The notes: a model not told the origin generated them from the sequence alone. A stretch of DNA of 53,425 nt, filler included, from Sphacelaria rigidula (GCA_964200075.2; 4 parts of 4 records of this genome joined end to end with filler, not necessarily neighbours in it), one strand, 5' to 3'. Positions 12,566 through 22,773 are shown, numbered from the whole stretch's first letter. Numbers and translations: made by a program.

Positions 12566-12842
12566 GGCGAATGCGCTGGCCAATATTTAGAGGTGAACCC
12601 TGAAATTTGGTATGGACAATGCATAGGGCATGGTAAAAACTCGGAAGGAAGCACCAGAAGGTTTTTTTTTTTTTCACGTGAGTTAAGGGCGTTTTACTGA
12701 AACCTGAAAACTGATTATTGTCCTTGACTCACGAAAGAAACAAAAATCCTTGTGGTGCTTCTTTCCGATTTTTTATTATGACCTATGCATTGTCCATACC
12801 AAATTTCAGGGTCCAACTCTAAATATTGGCCGGCGCATTCAC
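12566..12842. repeat. Inverted repeat, ~125-bp arms and ~30-bp spacer
   Basis: GGCCAATATTTAGAG...CCCTGAAATTTGGTATGGACAATGCATAGG is the reverse complement of CCTATGCATTGTCCATACCAAATTTCAGGG...CTCTAAATATTGGCC. The ORF track shows the same peptide LCIVHTKFQG on both strands. Confidence 0.8.
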
Positions 12843-13049
12843 CTTTCAAGAACAGGATCGGTAAAAATTTGGAACAGTATTTCGCAGGCCACTCACCGGC
12901 CCATGTTTGGTTTTCGTGTGTTGAAATTTTGTGTGGGCCTCGCCAGGGCATAGTTAACAAAAGTCAGTTGGTCAGTTTTTTATAATTCATTTTTTCACTG
13001 GTTGAGGGCGTTTTAGTACGGTAAATACCATTTCTTCACCAGAATGCCC

Positions 13050-13180
13050 TCAATTATAATCATTATTATCATCATTTATTTATTATTTATTACCATTGTT
13101 ATTTTTTTATTATTTATTACCATAATTATTCATCATGTTTTACTATTTATTATTTATCGTTTATTGTTTATTTTCATTAT
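13050..13180. repeat. Degenerate (ATT)n low-complexity tract
   Basis: ATTATAATCATTATTATCATCATTTATTTATTATTTATT... Confidence 0.7.
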
Positions 13181-13283
13181 CTCAGTACAACAACTACTGT
13201 CGCCCCCCCCCCCCCTCCTTCCCGCCCCAAAATATGTTTGTTCGGCAAAAAAAGGAAAGACATACGTTGTCGATCAGCTAATG

Positions 13284-13383
13284 NNNNNNNNNNNNNNNNN
13301 NNNNNNNNNNNNNNNNNNNNNNNNNNNTTAATTAATTAANNNNNNNNNNNNNNNNNNNNNNNNNNNNNNNNNNNNNNNNNNNN
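13284..13383. other. Artificial scaffold linker/gap
   Basis: N44-TTAATTAATTAA-N44, exactly 100 nt, with stop codons in all six frames; identical to the other two. Confidence 0.97.
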
Positions 13384-13459
13384 GTGGGCTTCTTTAACCA
13401 TACCTTGGAACAAAAGTACCAGGAAAAAGCGGCCACAACTCCCCCCCCCCCCCCTATGG

Positions 13460-13662
13460 TAGGATGACTCGACCGCGTAAAATCGAACATACAGGGACCA
13501 ACGTTTTCAAAACCGCTCGTGCCAATCCCTGAGAGGACCACACCCCTGACCCCAACCCCAACTCGAACCCTAACCCTAACACTAACCCTAACACTAACCC
13601 TAACCATAGGAGTGTTTACACTCCGATCGGTCCAAAAAGCACTTGGCCCTCCCACGCATTAT
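13460..13662. mobile_element. Old degenerate copy of the telomere-repeat MITE
   Basis: ACGTTTTCAAAACC...ACCACACCCCTGACC...(CCCTAA/CACTAA)n...CCATAGGAGTGTTTACACTCCGATCGGTCC...CCACGCATTATA parallels the 22355-22571 copy. Confidence 0.65.
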
Positions 13663-13740
13663 ACCCTTCGCCCACCACCAGTCAGTATGGACAGGTCTAC
13701 TTCAAATCTCAATCGAGATAATGACGTTTAGGATTCTTCA

Positions 13741-14170
13741 GCGTCTGTAGAGCTTCGTTCTTCGCCCGGCATCCCCACATCGAGTACCGGCACTGCGCTT
13801 TCTCTACTCCAGTAGAGCCTCGTTCCCCCACGAGCAAAATTGATTTTTCTTCCGCTGTGGAACACCCTTCTCCACAACTGAAGAGCTTAATTCTTCGAAC
13901 TACACCCCCACATCGAGTAGCGGAACTGTTCCCCCCCTCTACTCTCGTAGAACCTCGTTCCCCCTCGCGCGAAAGTGATTTTTCTTCCACTGTGGGGCAT
14001 CCTTCCCCCAGTAGCTAATTGAATTCATCTGCGTCTGTAGAGCTTCGTTCTTCGCCCGACATCACGACATCGAGGAGCGGCGTTGAGCATTCCTCTACTC
14101 CCGTAGTGTCTCATTCCCCTAGGAGCAAAATTGATTTTTCGTCCACTGTGGAGCATCCTTCTCCCAGTAG
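13741..14170. repeat. Three diverged tandem copies of a ~135-155-bp unit
   Basis: GCGTCTGTAGAGCTTCGTTCTTCGCCCG at 13741 and 14031. ACATCGAG, CTCTACTC and TGATTTTTC.TCCRCTGTGG each occur three times. Confidence 0.8.
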
Positions 14171-15878
14171 TAAATATGTCGTCTGCAACTAACAGGGGAT
14201 TCTATAAAATGAGGTTCATCAATGAAATGAGGTTTGAAGACCCTAGCCGTTGAATGACAGAAAGCCCTCAGGAGTACCGCACGACATCGCTGATGTGCAA
14301 TTTTTGGGAGGAGTAGGAAGTGCGTCCGTGGTTTCACATGCCGCCCATCCCTGGTTAGCTGCGGGCGACGGAGCATAACAACGTTTGTTCGATTGTCGAC
14401 GATGTTTTCACTATTGTTTGTCTCGAGGCTTTTGTCCAGACAAAAATCTCGGGCGTCAAGTTGCTGTCAGTAAGGTCAGTAAGGTGCTGTCAGTGACGTG
14501 GTGGGGGGATATCACTGCCAACGCCGTGATGTGCCGAGCGGATGATTGGGCGTCCACTGTCCTGAAGAATTGACGGCCGATGCACAACGTGAATAATTTA
14601 TTGCACGACTCCACCGTACAGCAAAAACCCGTCGAGCTTTCCAATCCGGTTCGAGCATATATGATGCGGCAATGTCTCTGTCGAAAGAGAAATCGTTGGC
14701 ATCCACCCCAAGATCGCTTCGTACGGTCCCGCCATACACACCATGGCGACACCGCATCATGCTACATGGCAGCATCTCGACCCCGCCCTGAACTGTGGTT
14801 CGCGCCCGCATCCCGACCTGTATGTGAACCTACTGCTTTTATTCTCCAACTGCGCAACTGCAACTCGAGACTCCAGCGTCATCACCAGTTGCTATTGCAA
14901 TCACCACCATCATCACCATCGCCATCACTTCCAGTATCACAGTCGTCATGGTCATCATCGGGGGCTACCTCGTCCTCCAACCCCTCTCGGCCCGTGTCGC
15001 GTCTGGCCCTCGGCCACCTTCGTTCGAATCCCGGCCCACCTACGACCAAATTCCCGGGAGTGACCGCGCTAGGCTGCTTCGCGGTGAGCCTCCCTTTCCT
15101 CTCTTGACTCTCTTGCACACTGGTTATTACAACATGCTGCGTACCATATGTGCCGCCTATCGCAGCGGTTGTGTACGAGTCTCTGGGGCCGTTGTGCGGT
15201 ATTTTCGACCTGATCCCCATCACAACCCCCTCCCCGCCCGTATCCCATTCCAAATGGTAGAATGGGCAGGTGTCTGACCTCCAAAAAACAGGGCCGCTTC
15301 CGGCTAGCAGGCTTCCCTGCCCGGTTCTACGAGGCGCCTGAGTTGTCTGTTGGATGCGACCAAGACCCTGCGAATACATTGCTGATGCAGGATTTCTTGA
15401 GGTATCGAATCCACAGCCTCTCTAGGCGTGTTGTATACCCTGTACTTCCCCCACCAGGGAACTTCAGGGTCTACGATCTTCTGCTGGCCGGGCTTCGTGA
15501 TGAGAAACAGCTCGTTCATCTGATTGAACGTCGAACTCTGCGACCGAAATCAACGGTGGACAAGGTAGAGACGGCCGGCAGCACGAACATGAGAAAGTCA
15601 GTTCGGGATACGGATGAGGGGCGGTGGTTGGAATCAGCACTCAGGCAGGGGTCTCAAAACCACGATGTGCAGGTGTCCCCGAAACCACACGTCCCCCGGG
15701 CATCGCGATGTGGACGCGCCCATAAACGGACCAAAAACAAACTGGTTTGTCACGAAGTGCGGTAAAGCGGGAGGGCAAAAAACTCGATACCACGCAGTAA
15801 AACAAAACTACATCTCCAACGGTGTACGAAAAAACAAAAACGCGCACCTATGTCCCATATCTTTATTTGGACCTCTCA

Positions 15879-16004
15879 GGGGGGTTGGGGGGGGTGTACT
15901 CGTTTGTTGCTTACCTTAGTCGTTTGACCATTGACCATGCAACTTTTTCGAGACGGAGCATCGCTTCTACTCCTAATCGAGACACCTCCAACATTTTTGC
16001 GCTC
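15879..16004 (-). mobile_element. Non-LTR retrotransposon (LINE-like) 3'-end fragment, distal half, split by the LTR insertion
   Basis: Minus strand reads ERKNVGGVSIRSRSDAPSRKSCMVNGQTTKVSNK then GAGTACACCCCCCC; it continues the frame of 20066-20270. The LINE identity is from recall of a common brown-algal repeat peptide. Confidence 0.65.
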
Positions 16005-16251
16005 TGTAGCCAAAATACACCAAGGCGTAGTGAATGTAGCATGTAGGATCCTGGATGATGACCAGGGGACAAGGGCATCCAGTGGATGATGCCCCTTGCT
16101 GTGTAGCCTATGTCTGAAGGTACAGGCCGCAGCTGCTTACCTCGTGAATGGAAGCTATAAGAGAAGTTCTTATCGAGCGTGAGTCCAGTGGATTTTGGAG
16201 AAGTCCTTCACTGAATAGCCCTCTTGTCCAGATCGTCTGGCAGAGGCTATA
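16005..16251 (+). repeat. 5' LTR
   Basis: TGTAGCCAAAATACACCAAGG...CTGGCAGAGGCTATA; about 95% identical to 19819-20065. Confidence 0.93.
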
Positions 16252-16445
16252 ATATCTAGATATTATTCTTCCGGCACCCTGTTAGAGGTGTTTTGGCTGA
16301 GGAGAGATCGGGCAGCAGCATAGAGCCAGTTGGGCCTGCAGACGGAAGTCATCTTACAGCGCACAGCGTTTGGAGGAACATACTCCGCTGGAGGGACGCT
16401 CAAGTAAGGCAAGAGTCTATCCGTGATTTTTGAGCCGTAGAGAAC

Positions 16446-18062
16446 ATGGCTCAAGCGGTAACGATGCCGCTGGTTTGGGATAAACCGTTAGAAACGTCAA
16501 AGTATGGCGAGCACAAGCAACAGGAACAGCTGCCGACGTCGCGAGCGTTTTTCACTTGCTCGTGTTACCATTGTGGAGACCATGGGCATATTTTAAGACG
16601 TTGCCCCAAGCCTCGCGCTGAAGGCGCTGCGCAAGATAGGTCAAGATCTCGAGGTGGTCTTTATGGCGGACAAGATCGAAGCAACCAGAGATACGGCTGC
16701 AGAGGCACGGGCCAAAAACGAAACCAAGCGACGGAGAATAGTAATTCCGCCGCTCATGTATCCTTGAGTGCGTTTTCAAATGATGACGTTAGATCTCTAG
16801 GTTCGTCTGTGTCGGGGCGGCTAACATATGTGGGAGGAGATAATACTTTGGTGGGGAGTGCTGAAGCGGAAGGCTCGCAACCCATAGGCCCGGCAGGATT
16901 TGTGTCGGGTGTATTTTCCACTGTTGCGACGAATACAAAAGCATCGATGTCAAGTGCTGGAGTGCTGCCTTGGCGTCAAGTGACTCTGGGTACTAACCAG
17001 AGTTTTTCTTCGGCAGGTGTGGTACCTGTCGACCGCTGCGCAGAATGTTTGCGCGCTGATCTATCTATACCAGGTTATGTTGGTTATTTTATGGCTCGAG
17101 TTTTTCTCGACTCTGGATCAGCAACAACATCAATAAGTGTGGGGTTGCTGCAACAGATGTCTTCACAGTTTGGGTACGCCCAGCTACAGCAACCATTTGA
17201 AAATGGACCGCAAATGGCACAGAGCGCCACGGGTGCGCCCGTGACTATTTATCATAAAACGGTGCCTATTACTGTAAGCGTGCGAACGCCGTGGGGAGCT
17301 GTGGAGATGTCGCCAATCACTTTCGCGGTCATGCCTGGCAATGAGGACGTGGTGTTGTTTGGCATGGTGACTATGAAGGAACTCGGAGTAGATTTGTATC
17401 CGCTGGCTATGGAAAAGTTACGCCCGCGTGCTGTGCCGGTGCAGACCGGCGTGAACAACCTTAGTTATCTTCCGGCTAGGCGGGTGATCGTCCCTGAGTG
17501 GTCGTTCCAAAGTGAGAGCAAGAAGGATACAGGTGGAAATGAAGAGGAAGATCCTGAGAGTGGAGCCGTACCGCCTATGAGGGTGCAGCCACAGTCACAG
17601 GCGACGGCTGCGAAGGCCCAGCCCAATTGCAACGATCCGTTGAAGGCCGAGTGGCTAGCTTCGTGCGTTGCAGTTTTGGTGGCGTTTGGGTTACTGTACT
17701 GCAATTTTCAGTCAAGCTTGGAGAGAGCGGCGATGGAAAAGCCGAACAATTTCTGCTCGCGACGGGTGAGCGAATCCAAGGTGGGGGCGCACCTTCCCCC
17801 TCCCCACAGGGATATGGTGCATGGTGGGGATAAGGTGCAGGGTACTCGCCCGGAGGAGGTGATGAAATTCAATTTCCTCGGCGATGGAGCGAGTGGTCAG
17901 CTGGAAAATATTGGGTTGGACGACGGAGATCCGGCCCAAGATAATTTGGTGATCAAAGACGATGTGTGGTTGGAGCCCGCACAGTCTAATGTGGAAGCGA
18001 CGAAGGTGGAGCAATTTCTGACATGGTTCAAAGCAAAAGCGATGGGGTCGCCGGAGGTATGA
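16446..18062 (+). CDS. Truncated Gag (CCHC knuckle)-protease-integrase-remnant fusion ORF, 538 aa
   Basis: CYHCGDHGHILRRC matches CX2CX4HX4C. VFLDSGSATTSIS...VVLFGMVTMKELG is a retroviral-type aspartic protease. GTRPEEVMKFNFL...LVIKDDVWLEPA...FLTWFK..MGSPEV*VGDTGWHVKN is a decayed integrase core. Confidence 0.8.
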   Translation: MAQAVTMPLVWDKPLETSKYGEHKQQEQLPTSRAFFTCSCYHCGDHGHILRRCPKPRAEGAAQDRSRSRGGLYGGQDRSNQRYGCRGTGQKRNQATENSNSAAHVSLSAFSNDDVRSLGSSVSGRLTYVGGDNTLVGSAEAEGSQPIGPAGFVSGVFSTVATNTKASMSSAGVLPWRQVTLGTNQSFSSAGVVPVDRCAECLRADLSIPGYVGYFMARVFLDSGSATTSISVGLLQQMSSQFGYAQLQQPFENGPQMAQSATGAPVTIYHKTVPITVSVRTPWGAVEMSPITFAVMPGNEDVVLFGMVTMKELGVDLYPLAMEKLRPRAVPVQTGVNNLSYLPARRVIVPEWSFQSESKKDTGGNEEEDPESGAVPPMRVQPQSQATAAKAQPNCNDPLKAEWLASCVAVLVAFGLLYCNFQSSLERAAMEKPNNFCSRRVSESKVGAHLPPPHRDMVHGGDKVQGTRPEEVMKFNFLGDGASGQLENIGLDDGDPAQDNLVIKDDVWLEPAQSNVEATKVEQFLTWFKAKAMGSPEV

Positions 18063-19398
18063 GTCGGTGATACGGGATGGCATGTGAAGAATTGTGCGGT
18101 GAGACGTTTGATAAGGCGTTGATGGATCGTAGATTTCGGATGGTCAATTCGCCGTTGTTCGTAAATGTAAGCGAATGATGCGTGATATTGCTCATATGAT
18201 GTCAGGTCAGGTGCTTAATGAGGATGGTGTGGTGCCCTCGAGAGCTGTTGCTATGCGGGACTGTACGGTTGTTCCCGCTCCACCTCGTGGTTCGCCTAAA
18301 AAAGCGTTTGAAACAGGAGAAACCGTCGATGCGCAAGCTGCTGTGAGGCAGAGTATTTGTTGTGTTGGTTCGGCAGTAAGGATGTGCTGTTTGGTGGTAT
18401 GTTGAGATTCATCATGGGGGTGCTAGAGGGGGCTGCTAGGAGCTACCATACGAAAGGAATTGTTGCTCTATGGCGTGCAGAAGGTGGTGGTTCCAGTGCT
18501 GCTACTTCGCAGGAGCGGACTGGAAGCCTACAAAGCGGGAATCACCTGAGATGAGTGATATAGTGGTGAGCTCCGGATTGAATATTGTTGAGGAGCAAGT
18601 ACTTGTAAGCGTACTTGTTGAGCATGAGAACACACGAGATGACTATTATTTCCGAATCGATTTCTAACAATGAAAGGTTGTTATGGTGTGCTTTTTGGGT
18701 CATATTTGTGTTGCTGTTCGCGCATGAAGCATGACAGTAGAGCGGGTGCGCTCGTGTTGCGTTCGCTGGAAAATGCCGGTGTACGCGTGGAATTTGGTAT
18801 GCATGTGTTGTGCTGCTCTAAATAGCATGCATGATGCATGGTGTGTGCAACATGGTTTGCATTGCAGGTCCTGAATCAAATATTGGCCTGCATGTACGAA
18901 TTTTCGTATGCTGAGTGGGATCTTGGCATGCATGTGTGGAATTTTCGCTCGTATGCTACTGATGTGCATGGTGTCTGATGAGCGTCAGGGTGAGGCAGTT
19001 AACAAAATACTGCTGAAATGATGAAAGAAAGGCGTCGACTCGTACTGACTGTAGGAGACGGTGACTGCTGCTGATGACGTGAAATTGAGCTGGAATTACG
19101 AAATGTGTAGGCTCGTTGTCTGTGAGCAGAAATCGCACGAGTTCTCGTCTGTTTGAGGATGAAAAATTGTGCACGTATGAAAAACTGATCCTTGCCCGTG
19201 GTATGTTTTTGGCAATATTATTAACGGTATTGCGCCAGAGGAGGATGTTAAATTTGATTTCTGTACGTCGGAAGAAGCAAACTTGACGGTACTAACTGCC
19301 TGATGGTTTGCTGTATGTTTGTTATCCCGGATGATTTGTCAAATTTCGTTTGGTTGCAACCAACCGAGGCTTGCCCTGCCGAGATTACGGCTTAGTAT

Positions 19399-19480
19399 TT
19401 GTGGCAATGGTGCAAGACTTTGGGCATGCGGCGTATATGGGTTAGTGAGACCGCCACGCACTTCGAGAACCAAGTACAAG
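19399..19480 (+). pseudogene. Second degenerate integrase-core fragment
   Basis: QWCKTLGMRRIWVSETATHFENQV resembles the Gypsy integrase W...G.P..(W/I)VSD.(A/G).HF.N segment and parallels the segment at about 18020-18095. Confidence 0.6.
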
Positions 19481-19818
19481 AATCGCGCAGCAGAGCGAAG
19501 CGCTGGAGGTGCAACACCCATTTGATGTTGCGTATACCCATTGGTGGAATAGTTCTGAAGCAATGGTCATGTTTTTGTTTTGGTCGATTGAGATGGGTTC
19601 GGTGCTGAAGAAAGTACGTAGAAGTCTCTTCGAAACATAAGATTTTGCGCCTGAATTTGTTGCGCAGGAATTGCTTAAACTGGGGTTGACTCGGGCGCTG
19701 ACAAGTGAAATAGCGTCGGAATATGGTATTTCTTTGTGATTTGGAGCATGCGAATTCGCCTTGGATTTTTGTTGGTTGTCAACCTCGTTCGTTTGTCTTG
19801 AACTCGCTTCAAGGGTGC

Positions 19819-20065
19819 TGTAGCCAAAATACACCAAGGTGTAGTGAATGTAGCATATAAGATCCCGGATGATGACCAGGGGACAAGGGCATCCAGTGGA
19901 TGATGACCCTTGCTGTGTAGCCTATGTCTGAAGGTACAGGCCGCAGCTGCTTACTTCGTGAATGGAAACTCGAAGAGAAGTTCTTATCGAGCGTGAGGCC
20001 AGTGGAGTTTGGAGAAGTCCCTCACTGAATAGCCCTCTTGTCTAGATCGTCTGGCAGAGGCTATA
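19819..20065 (+). repeat. 3' LTR
   Basis: Direct repeat of 16005-16251, same length; preceded by only a short purine run (AAGGG). Confidence 0.93.
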
Positions 20066-20275
20066 CCTCATTACGTTCCGTCAGCAGCTCACTACGTTTT
20101 TCCCATACATTACACAAAAACCTTTTGCACATCTTATCCCCGTTCTGTTTCGCCGTCTCTGGCCACCATCCATCTCCGAGTATAGATAATATCGTCTTCT
20201 CCGTACTGTCTAATGCATCAAACGATTGCATACCACGTTCATTCGCGTCCCGGATTTCACCCTCTAGCACGTCCC
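20066..20275 (-). mobile_element. LINE-like 3'-end fragment, proximal half
   Basis: Minus strand VLEGEIRDANERGMQSFDALDSTEKTILSILGDGWWPETAKQNGDKMCKRFLCNVWEKRSELLTERNE joins 16004 and below in frame once the LTR element and one TSD copy are removed. Confidence 0.7.
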
Positions 20276-20382
20276 GTTCCGTCCCGTTCGGGTAGGGGGG
20301 GAGGGGTTCATAGGTAGGTGTGCGTTTTTTTGTTTTTCTCGTGCACCCCCGACATCCGTTCAGATCGTGAGACAGTCGCGTA

Positions 20383-20503
20383 CTGTGACGGTTTAAGAGA
20401 CAACCAACTAGACTACTGACCAGTCAGCACAACCAACTACACTACTGACCAGTCAGCGCTGACTGGTCAGTAGTCTAGTTGGTTGTCTCTTAAACCGTCA
20501 CAG
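20383..20503. repeat. Perfect 46-bp inverted repeat whose 29-bp spacer duplicates part of the left arm
   Basis: 20383-20428 is the exact reverse complement of 20458-20503. Spacer 20429-20457 equals 20400-20428 with one mismatch. Confidence 0.95.
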
Positions 20504-20990
20504 GTCCTTGCTATCCATCTGAGATATGGATATCCATCGTAGATGTCCACCCGGGGTTCACCTGAGATATCTCCACATATGTGGGATATTCCTCCGGGAC
20601 ATTCGTCTGGGATGTCGAAGTTCATGCAGAATATCCATCTGTGGTTTCACATTTTTGCAGGGTTTCGATTTACAAATGTGAGGCCCATGTAGAACATCCG
20701 TTCAGAATCGGGTCTTCGGGGTAGGGGTCAGAATTTGGCTCAGGATCAGGGTTGAGCGTTCTAGGTGAACACTCATATCCCACGAGGGCGCCCATCTCGG
20801 ATACTCCCAGTGCAAATGACCACCCCAGTAAGATATCGCAGGTGGACATTGCAGATGAATATCCATGTTCCAGATTGATACCCCACATGTATCTGATATT
20901 CCGGATGGACGCCCAAGACGGATATATGAGAAGGATATCCCACATGGTAATCCACGGTTGACATCTCGGAACAATATCGATATCCCATGT

Positions 20991-22354
20991 GGACCGCGTG
21001 CCTTTTGGACAGCATTGTAATTTGAACACCCCAAGGCCGACTTGTCGGAAGGACCATGAGAACGTCGTCAATGCAGAGACCGTTCCCCGAGCAAACCTGG
21101 GGCGCGCATTCATCGAGCCAGGGGTAGCAAAGCCAGGCGAGGTGACCGGAGCGACACGACGAAGACGCAGTGTGTCTCGAATGGGAGGGAAGCGAAGATT
21201 TCAATACTATTATATTCAGCTACTCGTAAATCGGGTGGGAGTCACTTTCCCATGTAGATTGCGGTGGGAAAGGGTTTGTATTGCGTGAGAGGACCGCGTG
21301 CTTAGAGGACCGCATCGGAATTTGAACACCCCTATGGTTAGGGTAAGGGTTAGGGTTACTTTTGGGGTCAGGGTCAGGGGCGTGGTACCTGCAGGGGGAC
21401 TGACCCGATTAGGTTTGAAAAACGTCGATCTTGAAGTATTTTGAACTACAGCGCGGTCCTCTAAGCACGCGGTCCTCTCACGCATTACCGGGTTGGCAAC
21501 AGTGTATTATAGGGAGGTGACGGCGCCTACCACGTCGTCATGACCGCATCAACGAATTGACGCTCGGCACTCGACGGTACCAGATGCCGAAACGACCTAT
21601 CTGCTCGGTACTATCAGGTACCAGATGTCGAACGACTCTTCTTCTTCGTACTTACAGGTACCAGGTACCGAGATGACCCATCTGCTCGGCACTTGCAAGG
21701 ACCGAGATGTGGTGTGCATACGGTCCACGTTGTCATTCAACGCAGCTTCAAGGTAAACACACAAGTCAAGATAACGAACCACGTTTTTCTCGTCCTGGAG
21801 ATGACAGCGCAGTGACTGGGTCTTGACTTGTTTGTTTACCTTGAAGTTACATCGAATGACAAAGCGGACCGCATGGAAACCACGTTTCGGTACCTGCAAG
21901 TGCCGAGCAGACAGGTCATCTCGGTACCTGATACCTGTAGGAATGGAGCAGAAGGATGATTTCGGCATCTGGTGCTTGCTAGTACTGAGCACACTGATCG
22001 TCTCGGCATCTGGTACCTCACGTGCCGAGCACCAATTCGTTGATGCGGTCATGACAACGTGGTAGGCGCCGACACCTCTCTAGAATACACTGTTGCCAAC
22101 CCTTTTCCATCACAACCCACATGCTCCCGCTCGAGTTACAGGTGGCTGAACATAGTAGTTTTCAACTCCTCGTTCTAGTCCCTTTGGAGGCACACTGCGT
22201 CGTCGTCGTGTCACTCCAGTCACCTCGCTTGGCTTCGCTACCCCTAGTTCGATAAATGCGCGGCCCAGGTTTGCTCGGGGCGCGGTCCCTGCATTGAGGA
22301 AGTTTCGCGGTCCTCCCGACACGTCGGTACTGGGATGTTCAACTGTCAGTGCGG
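20991..22354. mobile_element. ~1.15-kb fold-back element (excluding the nested MITE)
   Basis: Left arm 21005-21276 plus 21490-21770 pairs with right arm 21821-22354 (e.g. CCCCGAGCAAACCTGGG/CCCAGGTTTGCTCGGGG, GGGTTGGCAACAGTGTATT/AATACACTGTTGCCAACCC, CAAGTCAAGA/TCTTGACTTG). Loop about 50 nt. Confidence 0.85.
21277..21489. mobile_element. MITE with TGT-type TIRs and internal (TTAGGG)-like repeats; 5-bp TSD GGGTT
   Basis: TGTATTGCGTGAGAGGACCGCGTGCTTAGAGGACCGC...GCGGTCCTCTAAGCACGCGGTCCTCTCACGCATTACC. GGGTT at 21272-21276 and 21490-21494. Confidence 0.9.
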
Positions 22355-22571
22355 TGTAATGCGTGAGAGGACCGCGTGCTTAGAGGACCGCGCCGTAGTT
22401 CGAAACACCTCAGGATCGACATTTTTCAAACCCAATCGGGCCAGTCCCTGCAGGTACCACGCCCCTGACCATAACCCTAACACTAACCCTAACCCTAACC
22501 CTGACCCTAATCATGGGGATGTTCAAATTCGGATACGGTCCTCTAAGCACGCGGTCCTCTCACGCATTACA
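22355..22571. mobile_element. Telomere-repeat MITE, opposite orientation
   Basis: Perfect 36-bp TIR TGTAATGCGTGAGAGGACCGCGTGCTTAGAGGACCG; internal AACCCTAACACTAACCCTAACCCTAACCCTGACCCTAA; no TSD recognisable. Confidence 0.9.
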
Positions 22572-22773
22572 GCTCCCTAGTTGGCACATGAACTTGCGTA
22601 CCACTAAGCGCCCTATTCCCATGAGCAAACAGTTGTGCTGCGGACATTATATGCTGTCCTGGAAAAATTCCAACAACCACCATTATCACGACTTCAACTC
22701 GAATCTTTGACTTCGAAAGTCAAACGTTCGAGTACAGAGTTGGAGCTTGAAGCGGACCTTCGAGCTGAAGCAG

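Larger units (their letters stand above)
16005..20065 (+). mobile_element. Internally deleted, non-autonomous Ty3/Gypsy-type LTR retrotransposon (4061 bp)
   Basis: Two 247-bp direct repeats (13 mismatches by hand count), termini TGTAGCC...GGCTATA, flanks GCTC/CCTC (4-bp TSD with one mismatch). Internal gag zinc knuckle, aspartic protease and integrase remnants; no RT motif found. Confidence 0.92.

Noticed and set aside
13328..13339. TTAATTAATTAA palindrome recurring at ~13.4-kb spacing
   Set aside because: Each copy sits in the middle of an identical 100-nt N block; it is an artificial six-frame-stop linker.
13550..13605. True telomere
   Set aside because: Short, degenerate, and embedded in a MITE copy with unique sequence on both sides.
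13741..14170. CRISPR-like array (also considered for 20383-20503, 37859-38002 and 48097-48177)
   Set aside because: Units are homologous along their whole length with no unique spacers; only 2-3 copies; no cas genes; eukaryotic context.
14456..15765. Several overlapping ORFs that might be a decayed transposase or exons
   Set aside because: No motif I can recognise, and neither strand nor frame could be fixed.
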